DNA from: Bdellovibrionales bacterium
GTDB taxonomy: Bacteria; Bdellovibrionota; Bdellovibrionia; Bdellovibrionales; JAGQZY01
DNA length: 64,000 nucleotides
Assembly (NCBI GenBank): GCA_019750295.1
Contig: JAIEOS010000048.1
Span: 2,469-66,468 of the forward strand
Direction: 5' to 3'
In this document: positions 63,255 to 64,000 of the stretch, piece by piece
Layout: each line of letters begins with the position of its first letter
Position numbering within the stretch: the first letter of the stretch is position 1
Notes under the pieces: generated by a model
Databases searched by the model: none
What the model saw: only the letters and a program-made list of their open reading frames with translations
What the model was told of the DNA's origin: nothing
Position numbers and translations under genes: made by a program

Positions 63255-64000
63255 TTGGGAGCTCGACTTAAGACGAGTAAGGGCCTTTGGGGGCGTTTAG
63301 ATCACCGCGGACAAGCGGTTCTCGAGTACATTTTAGTACTAGCCGTCACTGTCGCTATTATTCTCGGTGTGATGTACCAGTTTAGCGATGCCTTTAAAAA
63401 ATATGTCGCCAGCTATTTTGGGGATTATGTCGCCTGTCTTCTCGAAACAGGAGAAATGCCTTCGCTCGGTGGCGATAGCGGTGCAACGGCCTCCATCTGT
63501 AATTCGGAGTTCGAACCATTTTCAATTGCCTCAGGCCGACCGTTGAGTGGCAATGGCGTGGGTAACGGGAGCGGGGATCGTAGTTCCGCCGCCGCGAGGA
63601 GGGCGGGTGAGAGTGCGGCCCGGGGGAGATCTCGCCGTTCGGGATCCGCCGGCTTTACATCCACGGGAAATACCACTCGCAACGGAGAAAATTTCCGTCG
63701 CCGCGGAGGTCGTTCTCGATACTCCCCCTCAGACTCGACTGGGAGTAGCGAGAATAAACAGAGTTTGAATTTGGCCCAGAGTGAAGATCGCAAAGGTTAT
63801 CGAGCGCAACAAATGTATCGCCAGGGTCGCTCTCGATTAGGCAATCGATTTAGTGTTTTCGATGAAAAACGTTCGGAAAAGGGAGGCTTCTTTACGAAGC
63901 AAAAAATCACCGCCAAAACAGGTGAAACTATTATTAACAAACGCTTGCCCTTTGATCCTAAAAAACTAACGCTTCGACGAAATACGGCGTCGACGAGTTT
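63255..64000 (+). CDS. Flp/TadE-type prepilin-motif protein, large, 3' end outside window (absent from ORF track)
   Basis: TTG 63255 with GGAGA 5 nt upstream. The frame is open to the window end (checked codon by codon). N-terminus ...GRLDHRG/QAVLEYILVLAVTVAIILGV matches the G-xxxx-EY motif, followed by an Arg/Ser/Gly-rich region. Confidence 0.65.
   Translation, partial: MGARLKTSKGLWGRLDHRGQAVLEYILVLAVTVAIILGVMYQFSDAFKKYVASYFGDYVACLLETGEMPSLGGDSGATASICNSEFEPFSIASGRPLSGNGVGNGSGDRSSAAARRAGESAARGRSRRSGSAGFTSTGNTTRNGENFRRRGGRSRYSPSDSTGSSENKQSLNLAQSEDRKGYRAQQMYRQGRSRLGNRFSVFDEKRSEKGGFFTKQKITAKTGETIINKRLPFDPKKLTLRRNTASTS

Overview
This 64-kb window looks like core chromosome of a Gram-negative, Bdellovibrio-like (Bdellovibrionota-type) bacterium. 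That taxon call is my inference from gene content and cannot be verified here. About 60 tightly packed protein genes, many coupled by ATGA or short overlaps. I found no rRNA, tRNA, CRISPR array, transposase, integrase or phage genes, and no recognisable defence or toxin-antitoxin module.

Housekeeping content:
- atpZ-atpI-atpB-atpE (F0 part only).
- A 10-gene minus-strand array: three unknown secreted proteins, DUF374, three parvulin/SurA-type PPIases, pdxA, phosphomannomutase and uvrA.
- S41 peptidase, etfBA, sdhCAB, rpsF-(membrane protein)-rplI, fis-like-dnaB, ftsK, lptM-like-dapF-dapA-dapB, transaldolase/Fsa.
- A split acyl-CoA carboxylase, asnS, prolyl oligopeptidase, two S8 subtilases, deoC-deoA-PNP, pilT, rng.

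Content outside housekeeping:
- Several cassettes of uncharacterised secreted or lipoprotein genes, two of them with HExxH motifs.
- A lipoprotein gene interrupted by an in-frame TAG, and a membrane spermidine-synthase-like gene split at a T6 run.
- An open-ended gene with a Flp/TadE-type G-xxxx-EY motif that the ORF track misses.

The least explained signal is non-coding:
- Very long, nearly perfect palindromes abutting stop codons (96 bp at 58797, 92 bp at 38591, 171 bp at 6045, 119 bp at 35050). Some share sequence cores.
- A dispersed GAAA-tetraloop hairpin motif showing one compensatory base-pair change between copies.
- A 4 x 22-bp tandem repeat in a divergent promoter region.

I cannot point to a clearly novel multi-gene system. 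The candidates below carry modest interest scores for that reason.
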